A DNA stretch of 61,707 nt, counting the filler, from Actinomycetota bacterium (GTDB taxonomy: Bacteria; Actinomycetota; Actinomycetes; JAKEEW01), in NCBI GenBank assembly GCA_046725875.1. It is 6 parts of 6 records of this genome, joined end to end, with 100 filler letters (N's around TTAATTAATTAA, not from the genome) between each part and the next. Parts side by side here need not be neighbours in the genome. Positions count along the whole stretch, not along the records: positions 53,984 to 61,707 come from JBKOZJ010000160.1; 5 more parts are not named here. One strand, written 5' to 3'. Positions 60,269 to 61,707 of this stretch are shown piece by piece (positions within the stretch are counted from its first letter, which is position 1; each line of letters opens with the position of its first letter). The notes beneath the pieces were generated by a model. It ran no database searches and was not told the origin of the DNA. It saw only the letters and a program-made list of their open reading frames with translations. Both the position numbers and the translations under genes were made by a program.

Positions 60269-61707
60269 CTCATCCCGGGTGGCGTCCGACCCCGCCGAAC
60301 GCTGGCCAGTTGTCGAGGGGGATGGGTGGTGGCCGGCGGCGATGCCGACGGCTGCCGACCATGGGTGGTGGGATGACGTGCTGGCGGCGGAGGAGGTGGT
60401 GCTGGCCGGGGCGTGCGGTGAATGGTCCGGGCCGGGCCTGCTGCCGGGGGATGACCGGGCCGGTGGGCGGTGGCCGGAGCTGGGCGGCGAGGCCCCTGGG
60501 GTCCAGCTGGCCGGCCGGCTGGTCGGGTTGGGTATCGCGGAGTTGGACGAGTACGACCTGGTGGAGGTCGTCGCGGCGTGGGAGCGGCTGACCGCGTTCG
60601 CGCAGGCGCAGCAGGTGGCGGCGGTCGCGGAGCTGGTCCGGCGCCCGCTGTTCGCCGGGTTGTCCACCGGCCGGGATGGCCTGGACCCCGTGCGCGGGGC
60701 GGCGTTGGAGGTCTCCGCGCGCTTGAGGGTGTCGGCGCGGGAGGCGGAGCGACGAGTCGAGCTGGCCCAGGCGTTGACCGGGCCGCGGACGGCGACGTTC
60801 GGGGCGCTACTGGACGGCCGAATCGACTATTGGCGGGCCCGCACGCTCGTGGACGGGCTGGCCGTGCTGGACGACGAGCGCACCGCTGCGGAGGCGGAGG
60901 TGCGGCTGCTCGAGACGGCCCCGGAGCTGACCCGGGCGACGCTGCGCCAGCGTGTAGCCAGGGTGGTCGCGGCGGCCGACCCGGCTGGGACCGAGCACCG
61001 GCACGCGCGGGCGGTCGCCGACCGGACCGTATCGTGCCGGCCAGAGCCGGACGGGATGGGGTCGGTGTGGGCGCTGCTGGCCGCCCCGGATGCGCGGCTG
61101 CTCGATCGGCTGCTGGACGCGGCCGCGGACGGGCTGCGGCAGGCCAACCCCGATGATGACCGCACCCATGCGCAGCGGCGCGCCGACGCGCTGGCCGCGA
61201 TGACCCGGGCCGCTTGGTCTGCAGGTTGGATCGGCGCCTGCCCCACCTGCGCCGGCCGGCCATCAGGCAGGACGGCTCTCGCTGACGGCCCCCGGGTCCA
61301 TGCGCCCATGACAGCGTCCGAAACGGAGGAGGGCGGGGCCCGCGGTCGCCACGGTCACGGGGACGAGCACGGCACGACGGCCCCGCCTACTGGTGCGGAC
61401 TCGCCGGGCGCGACGACGACGAGCACCGGGCCGGACGTGTCCCCCGAGGAGCTGGCTGGCTCTGCGTCCGGGATCCGGCTTAGTGGGCGGGGCCGCCGGC
61501 TGGAGATCGGGGTGCTGGTCCCGTTCTCGACGCTGATCGGGATCGACGAGCAGCCGGCGGAGCTGGTCGGGTATGGGCCGATCCCGTCGTCGGTGGCGCG
61601 GCGGATCGCCGCGGACGGGACCTGGCGGCGCATCCTCACCGACCCGGCCACCGGGATGGTGCTCGACTACAGCACCGGCCGGTACCCACCACCGCCGGAG
61701 CTGGCCG
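60261..61707 (+). CDS. DUF222 (13E12-repeat family) protein, probably with a C-terminal HNH domain beyond the window; 3'-partial
   Basis: Absent from the ORF track because no stop is reached. My translation: LVEVVAAWERLTAFAQAQQ, LEVSARLRVS, LLDGRIDYWRA, DDRTHAQRRADAL, AELVGYGPIP, TWRRILTDPATG...YPPPPELA. Confidence 0.88.
   Translation, partial: MFSSSRVASDPAERWPVVEGDGWWPAAMPTAADHGWWDDVLAAEEVVLAGACGEWSGPGLLPGDDRAGGRWPELGGEAPGVQLAGRLVGLGIAELDEYDLVEVVAAWERLTAFAQAQQVAAVAELVRRPLFAGLSTGRDGLDPVRGAALEVSARLRVSAREAERRVELAQALTGPRTATFGALLDGRIDYWRARTLVDGLAVLDDERTAAEAEVRLLETAPELTRATLRQRVARVVAAADPAGTEHRHARAVADRTVSCRPEPDGMGSVWALLAAPDARLLDRLLDAAADGLRQANPDDDRTHAQRRADALAAMTRAAWSAGWIGACPTCAGRPSGRTALADGPRVHAPMTASETEEGGARGRHGHGDEHGTTAPPTGADSPGATTTSTGPDVSPEELAGSASGIRLSGRGRRLEIGVLVPFSTLIGIDEQPAELVGYGPIPSSVARRIAADGTWRRILTDPATGMVLDYSTGRYPPPPELA

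Overview
High-GC actinobacterial DNA made of six contigs joined by five artificial 100-nt linkers (N44-TTAATTAATTAA-N44 at 17828-17927, 30416-30515, 39514-39613, 46878-46977 and 53884-53983). Adjacency across a linker is not biological evidence. Contig 1 (1-17827) is a decaying accessory island. It holds tandem YciI genes, an adenylate cyclase, a tRNA-Lys 3'-half (att-like remnant), a collapsed array of epoxide-hydrolase genes, two divergent gene pairs fused head-to-head by deletion, WYL and TetR regulators with their targets, and a ClpP homologue lacking its catalytic triad. Contig 2 is core genome (VIT1, lgt, trpA-B-C, trpE and two ABC half-transporters split by an EspI-like MinD/ParA ATPase). 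Contig 3 has hisC/pat, ArsR, a holin-like protein and a GNAT, then a membrane-protein cluster (MFS, K+ channel, SHOCT, DUF6325, DUF7144). Contig 4 has an IS256 remnant followed by co-oriented DUF2235(remnant), patatin, amidohydrolase and S41 peptidase genes. Contig 5 has identical 45-nt ends inside one IS6-family element, so it is a circle or a pseudo-compound transposon. It carries arylsulfatase plus formylglycine-generating enzyme and a nested mrr/IS21/IS6 scar. Contig 6 has a thioesterase, amidase, ligC, RibD-C and methyltransferase, and a DUF222 gene under a combined PafBC + LexA promoter. The strongest candidates for something new are (i) the IS6 sulfatase unit, (ii) a shared 17-bp palindrome TCAYCC-N5-GGRTGA in front of the SHOCT/DUF6325/MFS/sulfatase genes on two contigs, and (iii) the patatin-deaminase-protease cluster. 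All family calls come from motif recognition by eye; no database search was run.
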